Shown: positions 24,986-38,454, numbered from the whole stretch's first letter. The stretch: 63,983 nucleotides of DNA, filler included, from Circinaria calcarea (GCA_051942165.1; 5 parts of 5 records of this genome joined end to end with filler, not necessarily neighbours in it), one strand, 5' to 3'. Translations and numbers: made by a program. Notes: generated by a model not told the origin, from the letters alone.

Positions 24986-25448
24986 AGCGGCGAGGCCTTC
25001 AGTCAGCAGCCGGTTATGTATTGGCCTAGACTTAGGAAACTATATATATATTATAGATACCCCGAACCTATGGCAGCACGTGACGGCCAGCTGATTAAGG
25101 CGTCGCTGTTTTACTCCCGCGCTAGCGATTATTCCGACCATCTGCTCGCCCGTTATTCCTTTGAGGTTTCTTTTCCGCTCTTTCTACTCTCTTATGCTTC
25201 TTCTTTACTCGCCCTTAACCCCTCGATACTCCTTCATTAACTAATTACCGTTATAATTCTTCGGTAACTTTAGACGATAGGCTGACAAAGAGCCGTTACC
25301 GGCTTTATATTATAAAAAGGAACCATATATAGCTCCTTAATACCCCACCCCATCATATTATACTTACGATTTATCTCTCTTATTCACTTAAACCGCCCAG
25401 CTCAACTTAAAGCCTTTCCGTTCTTATTCGTCTCGCCCTTTATTTATA

Positions 25449-25612
25449 TCACTATATAAAGTGTCTTGCCCAATCACTACATAAAATATCTTGCCCAATC
25501 ACTATATAAAGTATCTTGCCCAATCACTACATAAAATATCTTACCCAATCACTGCATAAAATATCTTACCTAATTACTACATAAAGTATTTTATCTAATC
25601 ACTATATAAAAT
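25449..25612. repeat. 25-bp tandem repeat, about 6.5 copies, running into the contig end
   Basis: Unit TCTTGCCCAATCACTACATAAAATA; copies differ by transitions. Confidence 0.9.
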
Positions 25613-25712
25613 NNNNNNNNNNNNNNNNNNNNNNNNNNNNNNNNNNNNNNNNNNNNTTAATTAATTAANNNNNNNNNNNNNNNNNNNNNNNNNNNNNNNN
25701 NNNNNNNNNNNN
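25613..25712. other. Artificial contig linker
   Basis: N44-TTAATTAATTAA-N44. Confidence 0.98.
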
Positions 25713-26085
25713 GGGGAAGGGGGAAGAAATACGGGCTTTTTCTGGGGTGGATAAAGTTTAGAGGGGTAAGGGGGCTGTCTTTTTAGATCGGGAGAAATAC
25801 GCAGGAGAGAATGCGCGAGGATATCGAGATGGAGATACATGCAGGTTGTGATATCTCGCCATTTTTGAGCCTGCCGGGGCTAAATGATAATCTTGGAGGA
25901 AAATTAGAAATAGCAGATGTATATCGCATTGTCTAGGTCACCAACCAAGAGCTGGAATATACCCCATCTATTATCATAACAGGCTGCCTTGGGCACAGAA
26001 TCTAAAACTGTACGATTAAAATCATCATCATGGTATATCGTATACTAACTCGTAATTTAAGGTCGTATATCTTCCGATGGTGATT

Positions 26086-27014
26086 CTACCACCAATAAAG
26101 CCTGAATATCAGCCCAATCGTGAGCATTATTACGCTCCCTGATTTGAGCACTGATCCTTCTGCCTGGGGTGTAAATAATGTCCCATCCCCGTTTGTGGTG
26201 GTCGAACTTGCACTGCTGCTCACTAGACTAGAACTCGTACTGATGGCCGCGAGCGTATTTGCGGTTCCGATGCTACTCGATAACGTAATCGTTGGCGAGG
26301 GTGGAGTAGTACTCGAAGGTTCAGTCGTGACTGCCTGGACACTGGTGCTGGAAGCATCCAAAGTCCCGTCAGCGGAAGTAATGGGTTGCGAAGAGGCTAC
26401 CGCGGACGAAGACCCCAAAGGAACAGGCCTAGGTCTGGTAATTCTCGGCGTGCTGGTAACCACCACCACAGGTTCTCCAGTAATGGTAGTTGCTGTATTG
26501 TAGATCTCTGGTACCGCAACGGTTTGCGTTTGACCGGCATCGTTTGTGGTTAGCCCAACGATCGTGGTGGTCATGAATTCTCCAACCGTATACGTTGTGG
26601 GTATAATGCCGATCAAGTCTCCATCATTTGTCGTAATCTCTGCGGTGACTACTGTCGCTAAAGTATCCCTAGAACTTTGTTCTGCGGCCACGGCACTTTC
26701 GATTGCCCCCGTGGAGATGGGTACTGAAGCAAGCTGACAAAGAGTTTGCAGAGCAGCTATCAAGAGGTTGACGTCGAAATTGTTATCGCATAAATTCTCA
26801 TTACACTGGACCACGTTGGGAAGGAAATCTACCTGTCTTATCAGCCAATGCAAAGCACTCTTGTGAACGACTTACAAGAAATGCTGCTTCTGTCGCATTC
26901 TGAACCATATCGATTGATGCATCTCTGCAGGCATTCAGTGAGATTGACGGGGATCTGCGCCGACACGTATTGGACGAGAAGGAGGAACGCGACCTCTCTG
27001 CCAGACCACCACAT
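26086..27014 (-). CDS. Secreted Cys-rich (CFEM-like) Ser/Thr-rich, probably GPI-anchored cell-surface protein
   Basis: Signal-like MWWSGREVAFLLLVQYVSAQ, Cys pattern ECLQRC...EC...FLPNVVQC...C, Ser/Thr stalk, hydrophobic C-terminus; one intron near 26830-26875 (acceptor uncertain). Confidence 0.6.
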
Positions 27015-27542
27015 GATTACCGGCTATAACTTTTGATGGTTGGACAGGATGGCAATTGCGAAGCGAATTACAGTGCCTCTGGGCCACATGCACGACTTGT
27101 TGTATTGGGCGCGGGGAGACCTTATCTTTGAAAGGTCACAATCTTCGCACTGGCTGCTGCAAAGGATAGTGGAGAGAATAGTTCCCTTGATATATGAAAA
27201 CCCATGATACCGTACCGTGATTGAAGGAAGTGAGGAAGGAAGGAAGGGAGAAAGGAAGAGAGAAAGGGCGCTGGAAGGATTCAGGATCACCACCATAGAG
27301 AGTACTGTGGTTTCGTACTCCGTACGGAGTATGTCATCTGTCATCCAGATGAGCGGACTTCATGCGGGGAATGATGCGTTGTACCGGGGGCATCGGGGAC
27401 TGTCGAGTTTCAGGTTTTGACTTTTCGGATATGCTAACGCTATTGGGCTGTGGCTCTGATCTTGCCTGATTCTCTTGGCGCTTGTGTTTCCCCATGAAAG
27501 TACAATTAACCAGAGGAGAAGGATGTCTAGCAGTAATTTACA

Positions 27543-28676
27543 TTAACGGGACCTCCTTGGACTCCTTTTCTCATCTTGCACTTCACTCGCTTCCCTAACC
27601 AGCACCCAATGATTAGTCCCCTCGTCAACTATACATTCTTTGAAAAGAGCCACCGTTCCAGATAATACAATCACAAAGTCAATAGGCGCAAAACAGCTCA
27701 CCTTTCATGCCGACTTTCTAGGACGTTCGCCCCTAGAGCCCCAATAAAAGCACCAGCGATCACCGCCATCGGACTTCTTGGACTATCTCTGGTAGCTTCT
27801 TTGGCAATGATCCCTCCAGCTATCGCGCCCAAAGCGCTTGCGCCCAGACTCCGGTCGTCCGTTGAGAAATTTTGCTTGATTCGGTCAAGATCACTGGGCT
27901 TCTTGGGACGATCTCTAGAGGATCGATGGGATCGTTCTCGTAATCGTTCTCCGTCATAGTATTGCTACCCACGATTAGCAATGTGTACATTGGATGAAAA
28001 ACAAATGCTCGACAACAAGGAGCCCAAGTGAAATCGCATGCAATACCGGGGCAAAAGAAGGTGGGTGCCAAGTATAGATGTCTCCATACACTCTCAGAAA
28101 CAGAGAGTTAGGAGACGGTCAGCTCACTCCTTGTCTGTAGTCATCATCTCGTTCCCGATCCATCTCTCTCTCTCGGTCCCGGTCTCTCTCCCAGTCTCTG
28201 TCCCAGTCTCTGTCTCGATCTCGAACCCGACCTTGCTCCCGTCCCTGCATAGATCCATACCGATTGTTGTCCGTATACGCACGATTTCGGTCCCGGTCCC
28301 AGTTATCTTCACCATCACGACGTGCCACAAGCTGGGTCGGGTATTGAGGAGAAACATATCGATGACTCCGTGGGGAATCGTAACCGTTCGGACTCATAGG
28401 AGGAGCATAGCCTCGTGAGCTCCTAGGAGAAGCGTAGCCCCGTACATCATCGCCATAATCGTCTCTCCTACTTCCACGCTCCGGCGGTCGACCCGACGGC
28501 GGTGAGGATGGCGGCGACGGGGACTCTTCTCTTCGGTCATAATCGCCATTGTCGTCGTGTCGAGAGTTGTTCCTTGACGAGCCATGTTTGCGAAAGAACC
28601 TGTCGGGGATCTTGTCAAACTTCTTCTCGATGACAAAATCGGTGGCTTCGAGCGCGGCTTCGGCGAGGTCATCCAT
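27543..28676 (-). CDS. Arg/Asp-rich protein with C-terminal glycine-zipper 2TM motif, about 3 exons
   Basis: Exon 1 MDDLAEAALEATD... with RD repeats; downstream exon LGASALGAIAGGIIA...AGAFIGALGANVLE; last exon ends SPRRSR*. Confidence 0.65.
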
Positions 28677-29650
28677 TACTATAGGAGCGAGCTCAAGGAA
28701 ATATGAAATAGATTAGGGGTCATGTACTTCTCTCCAACGAGAAATATACAAAAGTCATCTCAAGTTCTTAGTGTGAGGCGTGTGAAGTGATTCCGCCCGT
28801 GAACAAAAACAAGTAATGCGCTTTATCAAACCGGAAGTGCTTGGCTGTCTCTTGGCTGCCTCCTTGGCTTGTTCTCTCCCGCATCTCCATTCACGTACCA
28901 TACGTGGGGTGAAAGTACCGGCCAGTGGCGCATGATCAGCTGCCCCATTTCAAGGCGGGTGAAGTAGAGGTCGTTTGCCGAAAAACAATATTGATATTGG
29001 AGAACCTTGCCACATATATATACATCACAGCCCTGTTTCGATTTCATACAAGACCCTTGAACCGTATAGAAAAGTCCTTGTTATGGTACGGGGTAAAAAG
29101 ACTCGCGCTACGGAGATAGGTAGTGGGAAACTTTCAGCGGCAAACGACTTTTTGGCGCAACCAGCCTCGATTGTATGTTTAACATAGGATGCGGGGAGAT
29201 TTGTTGGAATAATTCCTTCTCTCTGCGGACGGTGCCTGATGGGAGCAGCTTCTTTTCCGATTATTCTATTTGTGAGTACGATTTCTAGCAAGCAGACAGG
29301 TGCCCGATATTGCAGTCCTTCTGTGTGTTGGATGAGCTCGATGCTCCATCCCCTATCTTCGAGCCGTAATATACAGTTCCGAATATCTATGATTCGCTTC
29401 TAATGCACAAATGCCACCACCGGGAAGGGTATCCGCGTGCACACAATTACCTCCCAATAGAGTTTACATCATCCTTATCCTCATCATTGTCATCATACAT
29501 TCATTCCATCAGCCTCATGACCACGTGGTATCGTTACTCGTGAGACGCAGAAAAAACGTCCCGCTATTACCGTGCATCATAAGCACAACCTTTTGTCATG
29601 CCCCCTGTGCGCAATTGGCACGTTCAACCGCGTCCGGAAGCTGTGCTTGA

Positions 29651-30604
29651 TTAGATGGGGTTCTGCATACCCAGACTTGGGACAGCAGGCGCTACTCCGG
29701 GTTCGACCGCTGAGGGATTGCGGGCGCGCGGAGTACTGGGGGTTCCCGAACTCCCTTGTCCAGGAGTACTAGCAGGTGTTGCTCCAGTCCCGAGGCCCCG
29801 CTTCATCATCTTGCCTAGGATGCCCACGAGCTCCGCGGCGTCTTCAAACATGTCGTCCTCCATGCCTTCTTGAGCATTATACACATCACGAATCGATTGT
29901 TGCGCTAGCTTTCGAGATCCCTCGCCGTCATGAAGGCAGTCGTAGAGATAGGCAGCGTATTCAAGCTTCACCGAGAGTCGCATCGGATGTGATCCTGACA
30001 GCAGGTCATCGGCCAGTTCGGCTGCCTCTGTGAAACAAGATGATGCTATGGGTATATAATCGATTGCCGGAAGGAGGAAACTTGCAGAAGGTTTGGGGAT
30101 CGAGACCGGTGTCAGTCCTGGCGGTAGCGGACCTGGATTGCGTACCGGGCCTCCTTCCAATGGCAATGGAAAGTCTGGGGAGGATCTGATAGAACCTCTA
30201 TCGACGGCTTTGCCCTTGTTCGAAGAAGCCACGAAGCTCGGAATGGCGGTTTGATTGATGCTGGGTTGATTGTGGAACAATACGAAGATGTGGTAAAAAC
30301 TGGCACGTAGCTTGTAGGCCAGCACTTTCGATTCGCCATAATCCGCCACCATGGGTAGTATGGACTTCTCGATAATCACCAGACCTTCTCGGGACAGCCA
30401 GATGATGTGATGGTAGAGCTGTAAGGATTTGGTATCTCTGGTTGTGTCCAATTTTCGGAGTCTTCTGGCGCGGACGAGCTTCTTCGATAGGACAACTGAT
30501 AAACCGAGAACTTTATAGAGCATAGCTGAAAGAATAGGGTTGTCATGACTAACATTTTTGGCGAATTGTCCGAGATACTTTTGGTCGACATCCGAAGAGG
30601 CCAT
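29651..30604 (-). CDS. Atypical fungal 14-3-3-like protein
   Basis: Likely start MASSDVDQK; KLRASFYHIF and SHPMRLSVKLEYAAYLYD parallel the 14-3-3 motifs KMKGDYYRY and THPIRLGLALNFSVFYYE. Confidence 0.85.
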   Translation of the reverse strand: MASSDVDQKYLGQFAKNVSHDNPILSAMLYKVLGLSVVLSKKLVRARRLRKLDTTRDTKSLQLYHHIIWLSREGLVIIEKSILPMVADYGESKVLAYKLRASFYHIFVLFHNQPSINQTAIPSFVASSNKGKAVDRGSIRSSPDFPLPLEGGPVRNPGPLPPGLTPVSIPKPSASFLLPAIDYIPIASSCFTEAAELADDLLSGSHPMRLSVKLEYAAYLYDCLHDGEGSRKLAQQSIRDVYNAQEGMEDDMFEDAAELVGILGKMMKRGLGTGATPASTPGQGSSGTPSTPRARNPSAVEPGVAPAVPSLGMQNPI

Positions 30605-33600
30605 TAACACCGAAAAGAAAAACCCCTCTAGACACTGAAAACGCCACATCACCGTTAGTAACCTTTCCTGCCTTTCCATATCCACGAATGCGTAGGAGAA
30701 GAAGTAGTGAAAGTTTGTGGGACCAGCCAAACGAAGAAAAAGCGATTATGCGAAGAATAAAAGTTAAAGGAGAGTAAAACAGAAAACTATGTTGCTGGGG
30801 CATCTTCATGACGGTTGACTATAAGTATTGAAGAATTGATATGACAATACTTGACTTCGGATATCTGAAACACCTTCGGCGAGTAACATGAGGCACTTAC
30901 CGATTACCGCGCGCTCTTTCCACAACTATGTACTGAAACTTCTAATCTTATGCGGCGTGTGTTGGATAGGATGTCGGAGCATATCCTTGAAGGGAAGTCT
31001 GGATTTTGGAAATGCGTTCTGATAATGCGACCTGACTTCCTCCACCAATTGTCTTTGGTGTAGATTCGGGAACCAGGGATGCGAAAGTCCGGTTAACTCC
31101 CCTTTGATATGAGTATTGGACCGGCTGTGTGATACAAACGATACCATCACCGTTGGCTATATCGTATTTGTTGGAGGATTATATGGTCCCTACGTGCGAG
31201 TTTGTAGCCGTAAGACCGACGATGGTAGGGGAAAATTCTGACGAAAGGTACAGTGGTTTGGCCGATGGTATCAAGTGGTAAGATCTTTCGATACTTTGAT
31301 AGTGGCTGTACCTATAACTCATGTCAACACGGTTATCCACTTCTCCAAAGTACGTTCGGAGAACATGCTCACTCCGTCGATTCAACCTGCCAAACCCGGA
31401 TGAGCCAACGGCGCCCTATCCAGCCATTGGTTTTCCTCTCTTGGAGCTCTCAAGGCAAGTGATTGCCGGAAAATCGCAGATGAAGTTCAAGAGGTTCGTA
31501 CGTATTCGGTAAGGTAGGTGTTGGGTGAAGTAGGCATGCAACGCAAGAAAAGCTCGTTTGTAGTGTCTTGACGGCAATGGCGGTGAACTTTTTCTAGGTC
31601 AATGCGCTCTGAAAGATTCGGGAGGCGTTTGTGATATGGTACACTAATTCCAATATGTTGAGCTTGAATCAATTGAGCCGCAAGGACCTCGAGTTGAAGC
31701 CGCTCGAAGACGCCGAGAGAAAGCGCGCAGGGATGACTTGATTCTGCCCAAACACTTCTGACGCGGGAATATGCACGACCAAACAGAAGGATTGCAATCA
31801 AGAAATCCCGGGCGCCCGCTTCCCTTTCATACCTCACGGTCCTGCAGTAGTGTTCCTGGGAGCGTCGTAGGCCATCGGCCGACCAATTTGTATTATTTTG
31901 GGAATTTTTCCTTCCCGCCGTGGGTTGAGCTGGTCCTGCATGCAGCCTCGCACCAGGTTGATACGTGTCAGACGCTTGATCCCGGTTTCGCGTCGCAGCA
32001 CTTTGAGGCGGGCGCCACGATTTCTCCAGCCTTAGGGTACCGACCACCGGTTAGTCGATCCCCCGGCGGGCCACACTGTGCTTGTTGGGCAGCATGATTC
32101 AGGTAAACAATTGGGCAATGACGTCGGGTTGACCTTGACCAACACTACCGCCATGCTGCTTTCACATGGCCGATACCATAGGGCACCGACTCCGCAATCG
32201 AAAGGAAGAGTCTCAGGAGTACTGGGAAAGTTGAACGAGAGCTGATGTTACCGATTAGCTCGACAGGGGCCCAGAATCCCAAAGACATGGTCCAACAGGG
32301 ACAACAGGGGGTTAGCCTCACTATTTCAGGCTTAGAGTGAGGTAAAAGTGGGTAGCCCGCTACGAGCCCGATGGGGATGCTGTGGCGCCGAGGTGTTCAT
32401 GTCAGCACCTCTGCTTCGCATGACGACAGCGCCTTTTCTCCCCGAGTCCAATGTCTGGCCTGCCACTCGATGCCACGACCATGACTCTGCCCGGACTTCA
32501 TCATGGACACGCTCAAACTGTTGGGAAATTGCCCCGTCTTTGCTTTCCTGGCGATGATGTCTTTGGCCTTTTCAGAAAAGGCGGTGAAGACCAGACTGGC
32601 CGTCAATCGACTCCCGTTCCGTCTTCCACTATCCTTAGGCCTCATGGAATCATAATCCGGCCCGGAAAGCTTCATCTTTCACAAAGCCAATAGGGGCATG
32701 ATCCGATTGTAAAATCAGGACCAATCCAGTATCCGGGGTCCACCTTATCCCCGTAAAATATCTGCGTTAATGCTTAACTCTACAAAGATACCGATAGTGT
32801 CCGTCTCTCTCTCTCTCGAGGTGGATGGCTACGATTCATTGCTGAAAACTATACTACAATCCAGAAGGACCACTTCTATCGAGATAATATTTTGTTGGAG
32901 TCAAAGCCACATGGGACGAATTGGCGGTTGGATCAAGAGAAGGATGATGGTATTTAGTTGATTGAATATCGATGATCTCAGCATGCGGTACCAATACAAC
33001 TGCCCAAGTTCTCTCGTGGGCAGCCATCTTTGCACGCCGGCTCCAATTACATGATTATATATGAGATGGCAACTTGCTCGGTATTCTACTAACTAACATA
33101 GTTTCTGATGTTGTCTAAGAGAATCCTCGTTTCTTCTTTCCTCTTCTGTCAACGAGAAACCATTTATATTCGGCTGTTCTACCTTTCGGAAAGCACAAGT
33201 ACGTCCGTTGCCACATTGGCTCTTTCCAAACGATTATTCGGGGAAGCCCGAGGTTCCACGAACAATTTGGACCTCCAGTTAACGAGCATTCAACGAACCA
33301 GCTGCCCTGCCGATTGTTGCGGGAACGCAACTAATTGAATTCCCCGAGAACCAGTTTAGTTCGAGATGGTGTGTTGCAGCTGTATCTAGGTAATTGATCC
33401 TGTCTTAAGAGATCAGTATCATTACTTCTGTTGGATGAATATTATGTCAGGAGACTTTTCAGGATTTTGATTCTGACTACCATCCAAGTTGCTCCTAGTG
33501 GTAGATATAAGTTGATTGTTCCTCGCAATCCTCGTAACTGGATCCCCCATGACAAAGGGTTTTCAACTAATTTTATTTCATCATACCCTCAAGTCTCCAA

Positions 33601-33752
33601 GCTGTCACTTTGCTCGCTTTTTCCAACCACCCTTGAGTACTCTTTCAGCTCCGCAGAATTGTCCCAACTCAAGGACACCCGGTCTCCAAAGAAATTAGCA
33701 CATTGGGATCTTCCGCTTGACTCACTGTCCTCGGTCGATCAAATCCATTATT

Positions 33753-34049
33753 ATGTGTTGCTACTACCGACACCACTGGGCTTGCGGCCATATACAACAT
33801 GTCCTCGCTAGCTTCTGTCACAAAGGCAACATGGTTCAAAGATCATGCAATCAAAAGCAAGTCTGGCTGGACTTGCCAATGGAGGAAGAGTGCGGTGCCC
33901 TGCTATGCTTATCCATTGCAGCCAGAGGAAGACCCCTTGGGCGTTTGGGGCTGGTAGATCCCTATCATCTTAGCCGGGTCCTGGGGCCCGTATCGGGGAC
34001 TGGTTGGCATTGCTGGCTTGTGGGATTTATTGCGGTACCCAAGACATGA
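33753..34049 (+). CDS. Small Cys/His-rich hypothetical protein
   Basis: MCCYYRHHWACGH...FC...SC...EC pattern, typical of small fungal 'MC...CGH' proteins; 3' end uncertain. Confidence 0.45.
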   Translation: MCCYYRHHWACGHIQHVLASFCHKGNMVQRSCNQKQVWLDLPMEEECGALLCLSIAARGRPLGRLGLVDPYHLSRVLGPVSGTGWHCWLVGFIAVPKT

Positions 34050-34512
34050 CAGGTGTACTACATTCTAAGCAACGGATGAATTATGCCGGCAAATATGGTA
34101 GATCAGCTGAGGGTCTTTTGCGCCAGTGAAACAATCGTCTTTGATATGGTAAGCTGTTTGACAATGGCTCGAGCTTCATATCTACTAAATCGGAGGTGAT
34201 ATCTAAAGTCAATCTTCTACCCGAAAATTCAGTGAAACCAAGCTTTCCGTTATAGCGGTTGTCATTCTAGACGTGCAGACACGGATATCAATAAGCACTC
34301 TGGGGTTTTGATACTTTGAGCTGTCCAATCAGAGTGAGATTAATGTACACTTCGAGCCATGCATTGAGCAGTTTTAGACCACTGCCAGTAACACTATCGC
34401 ATTTCTCCGCCACACAGATCTCCCGGGGGCATTGCAGACGTCCCAAATCCGTCATTTTCCGCTAGAAAAGCATCTTTCTCACCAGAGAATTGCAGAGACA
34501 CAAGCGGAACAG

Positions 34513-35544
34513 TCACACGCCCTCGAACTTTTCCTTCAACATTTGAGGATCCAACCGCTTGCCCGTCCGATCGAAAAATCGGGACGCGATCTCGATCCAC
34601 TTCATCTCTTCGTATTTCCGGTAGAGCTCCGCGAGATAGATCAACTAAAAAGGGCAAAATTCGTCAACTTTCTCCATTCCAGAATACCATTCAGAGAGGG
34701 GCATCCCTACGTCTTGTACGTTCTCCATGCCTTCAATCACGATGATGGAGCTCTCCTTGGGTTTCTCTTTCTTGGGCTTTTCGACCGCATCGGTTTGGCC
34801 CTGGCTCTGGCCCTGACCTTGTTTGTTCTTGTTCCCCTTTTCCTTGCCTTCCTTGCCCTTCTTGCCTTCGGCCTGGCCGTTCGCCTTCTCCGCCTTCTTC
34901 TTCGCCGCGGCGTCGGCTTCTTCCTTCTTCTCGTCGTCGGTGTCGTTGTCCTTGGTGAGTTCCTTGTATCGTTCCCGGAGCTCCTTGACTCCGCCCTTGT
35001 TGTCCATGAGAATCAGGATTTGCTTCCAGGTGAGGTCCTTGGATTTGTACTCGAGTAGTTTGGCGTCATCTTCGGCAGTCCAAACTGGAGCGGCCGGGGC
35101 AGGCGCGGCTGCTGGTGCTGGCGCTGCAGCGGGATCGGGCGCCGGAGTTGGAGCAGGCGCTGCAGGTACATCGGGCGCCGGGGCAGGAACTGGACCGGGG
35201 GTTGGATCGGCAGCGGGAGTAGCTGGAGCGGGTTCTGGGGCAGCAGCTGCAGCAGGATCTGGCGCGGCAACTGGAGCAGGATCTGGTGCAGCAGCTGGTG
35301 CAGGTGCTGGTGCAGGAGCTGGTGCAGGAGCTGCTGGAGTGGTTACCTACAAAATACCAAATAGTCAATACCGTACACCATCCAGCTGAATCAGACGAAA
35401 ATCAATAAGCGCAGAACTCCGTAATCCAAAGCATACCAGAGACTTTGTTTTCTTCGGCTGGCGTATTGTACGTCCTCCGGACGTGAGAACTTCCCAAACA
35501 CCGATTTTCACCTGGCGATTACGAGAGTCGGTAATTGTAACCAT
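34513..35544 (-). CDS. Pro/Ala-repeat protein with Myb/SANT-like repeats, 3 exons
   Basis: PAPAPDP repeats, WTAEDDAKLLEYKSKDLTWKQI, and C-terminal KWIEIASRFFDRTGKRL after an intron. Confidence 0.7.
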
Positions 35545-36160
35545 CTCAACTGTCGACTTTCACTTCAAATTGATGAGCCTGAACGTAGAAATAGAGAAAA
35601 CGTGACTGGAAGTAAAGTGAATCCCTGACTGTGAATGTAGAAAGTATTATAGTAATAGACGATCTGGGCTTACTGTGAAGAGTTGTGCGAGCTTTATGGA
35701 GCTAATCTTTTCCACACAACCAATATGTATGATTCTCGCACGCTCATTTGGGAAACAAACATCATCTTAGGGTTTCAAAGAGCTAACCAAAGAAAGTACG
35801 AGAAGCCCTTGATGCTTCGGAAGTCCACTACAGGATATGAGGAAAGGGACCTAGAAAATTCATTTGTTCCAAGCTGATAATATACTACTTTGCAATTTTC
35901 TTACTAATAGTCAGTGATAGTCATCTTTGACACTCTCGATTGCTTCTTTTATATCGATTCCGGGGGAGGGTGCTGGTGTCCAAAGAAAAGGGGATTATGC
36001 GTGGTCGGTCTGATCAGGCGACCGTACTGATACTTCCGCATCAAAATTACAGCTGTTAGGAACTTGACGTCGATAGCGATCTTCTGGTCGGCCAAGTCAC
36101 TCTCACGGCAAAGGGCTCGAGTACAAAAGATTTATCTCGCGACTAATATATACCTGCAAT

Positions 36161-37035
36161 ATGCTCTCCTCCCTCGCGACAGCATGCATTGTTCTAGCCA
36201 GCTTCATTGGGTCCGCCCTTGCCCACAACATCCAAATGGCAGCGCATTCGAGAGAGTGCTTTCACGAGACATTGCACAAAGATGACAAGATGACCGTCAC
36301 ATTCCAAGTCGGGGACCGGGAGTTTGGAGGCAGTGGGAACTTGGAGATTGATTTCTGGGTAAAACGCGCCCTGGCAACTCTTGCCCCCCTCGCCCCTACA
36401 CGAGCTGCCCTGACTCTGAACTCAACACGCTACGGGGATAGAGAACGCGCTACCTGAAAAACTGTACTAAATCTTTCAATGCTCAAACAGATCCAAGATC
36501 CAGCAAATGGCTACCAAGTCCACACGCAATCCGTCTCCTCGGGCGATCATTCCTTTGATGCGAAGCTAGATGGCAGATACACCTACTGTTTCAGCAACGA
36601 ACACTGGTCCGCCACGAGCAAAGAAGTCTCCTTCAACGTTCATGGTATCGTCTACGTACCCGAGTCGGAAGCTCCCTCGGACCCGTTGGAAGCAGAAGGT
36701 GGGGTTATCCATCCACGCAAAGGGCTTGCCGGTAGAGGATCACTAATCAGATGGGGGGGTTTTAGTGAGGCAACTATCGGAGCTCCTCGCGCAAGTCAAG
36801 GACGAGCAATCGTACATTGTGGTCAGGGAACGGACGCATCGGAATACAGCCGAGAGCACGAACGGGAGGGTCAAGTGGTGGAGTATCTTTCAGCTAGGCG
36901 TGCTGGTGGGAGAGGGCATCTTCCAGGTGTGGTGGTTGAAGAGGTTTTTCGAGGTAAGTTGTGCTCCATGTCCAACCTACGGAGCTGCTTGGTAATCGCT
37001 AACATTTCTCGGTGCAGGTCAAACGTGTCGTTTAA
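36161..37035 (+). CDS. emp24: p24/GOLD-domain ER-Golgi cargo receptor, 4 exons
   Basis: Signal peptide, ECFHE, GRYTYCFSNE, RERTHRNTAESTNGRVKWWS, C-terminal LKRFFEVKRVV. Confidence 0.95.
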
Positions 37036-38013
37036 GCGTTGGATATATGTATAATTAAACATCTCCATCCCCCGATGTCTTATTCCCTGTCAATAAAGCT
37101 CTTACCAATGGCGGCGCCCAGTGTTCCGCTGCCTGCACTCCAAAAACCAAAATCTACCTAACCCGGTCCAGCCCTCAGGTCCTATCCTATCCTATCCTCC
37201 CCATTTGCCACCGAAAAAAAACCGAAAAAAACAAATCTCCTAGCGCCTTCCGCCTAAAATCGACCGCGAACCCAACAGCGTATACCCCAAATAACCCACA
37301 CGCGCCACCAAAGTTTTCTCCTTCCACTCTCTCCGTCACCGTTAACTCTCAGATTAAAACTCCCAAAACCCCAAAGCTCCATACAAGTTCCTTCCTTCCT
37401 TACTTCCTTACTGGCTCCCCGCTCCCCGCTCCCCGCTCCCCCGTGTCCCTTTGTTCCCCGACTATTATCAAGCTCTTCCCCTCCGACCTCTCGAGTAACT
37501 CGTATGGTTTTCCCCGGCCCCCGGCCATCACTGTAGGGGGTTTTTTTTAAAAAATGTGCTCTTGACTTTACTTTATGTTACGGGGCACTTGTCCTCTTCT
37601 CCTCTTCTCTCCTGTTTTGTCTTGTCTTGACTTGATATTGTCTTGTCTTGTTTATCCCGGAGTTTTTAAAACACTCTACACTATTGTCGCGAGAAGTGTC
37701 GATTACATGTGATTGTTGGTGCTGAAGTCTGATTCGAGGGCAGGCTTGCCGCGTCTCCGATAGAAGTTAGGACGCTTTATGGGACCTTGTACACTTTTGG
37801 ATTTAAATCTCACCAACAGTGAGATCCTTCCTGGCCGAGGTTGTAAAGGCGGCTTGGACTCTTGAACAAGGGAGATATTTGGTTTTGTCAATTAAGGTGT
37901 CTATGTACAGGAGATGACCCGCCATTGCGTTTCTCATCTATAAATCCGACGCTTTCTCTACCATTCTTTACCTTCTCTGCACACCCCCTTTCTCTATCCG
38001 CAGCCCACTTCTC

Positions 38014-38454
38014 CTAGTAGTAAGTCGCATAACTGGAGTTTCCGCTCAGCACGTCGACGAAATTCCTCGCCAGGATCCTATCCAACTGTTCGGACGGGTG
38101 AAGCTCATCGTACCAGAGAAACGAATCTGGCGAATCGGGCGCAACGTCGGTGCAAACGGAGCCGTTGGCGTTGCAGTGGTGCTGGTAGCCGGTAACGTTG
38201 GCCGACGCGGTTCCATTCAGGTAGGCGGTTGGGTGGTTGTAGATGTCGAGGACCTTGAGCACGTCAGTTGTGGAAGACTGACTGTATTAGCATATAGTAG
38301 ACCCACCAAGCTATACACGTCGAACAGAGCGAAGTTCGCGCCGGGATAACGGTTGGCTATGGCAACTTCGTATGGCAGCTGGTACCTGAACACATTGTTG
38401 ACCGTCGTGACTTGCTGGTTCATTCGCTCGGCGATTGCGGTATTATTGTCCAAC
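38014..38454 (-). CDS. GDSL/SGNH esterase (CE16-like), 3' part only
   Basis: FALFDV and SFLWYDELHPSEQ (DxxH catalytic block); truncated by the contig end. Confidence 0.85.

Noticed and set aside
25449..25612. CRISPR-like array
   Set aside because: Contiguous tandem units with no spacers, in a eukaryotic context.
30900..33400. Cluster of overlapping short ORFs
   Set aside because: No coherent exon chain or motifs.
34823..35389. Gly/Ala-rich plus-strand ORF resembling silk or ice-nucleation repeats
   Set aside because: Antisense shadow of the Pro/Ala repeat in the minus-strand Myb-like gene.
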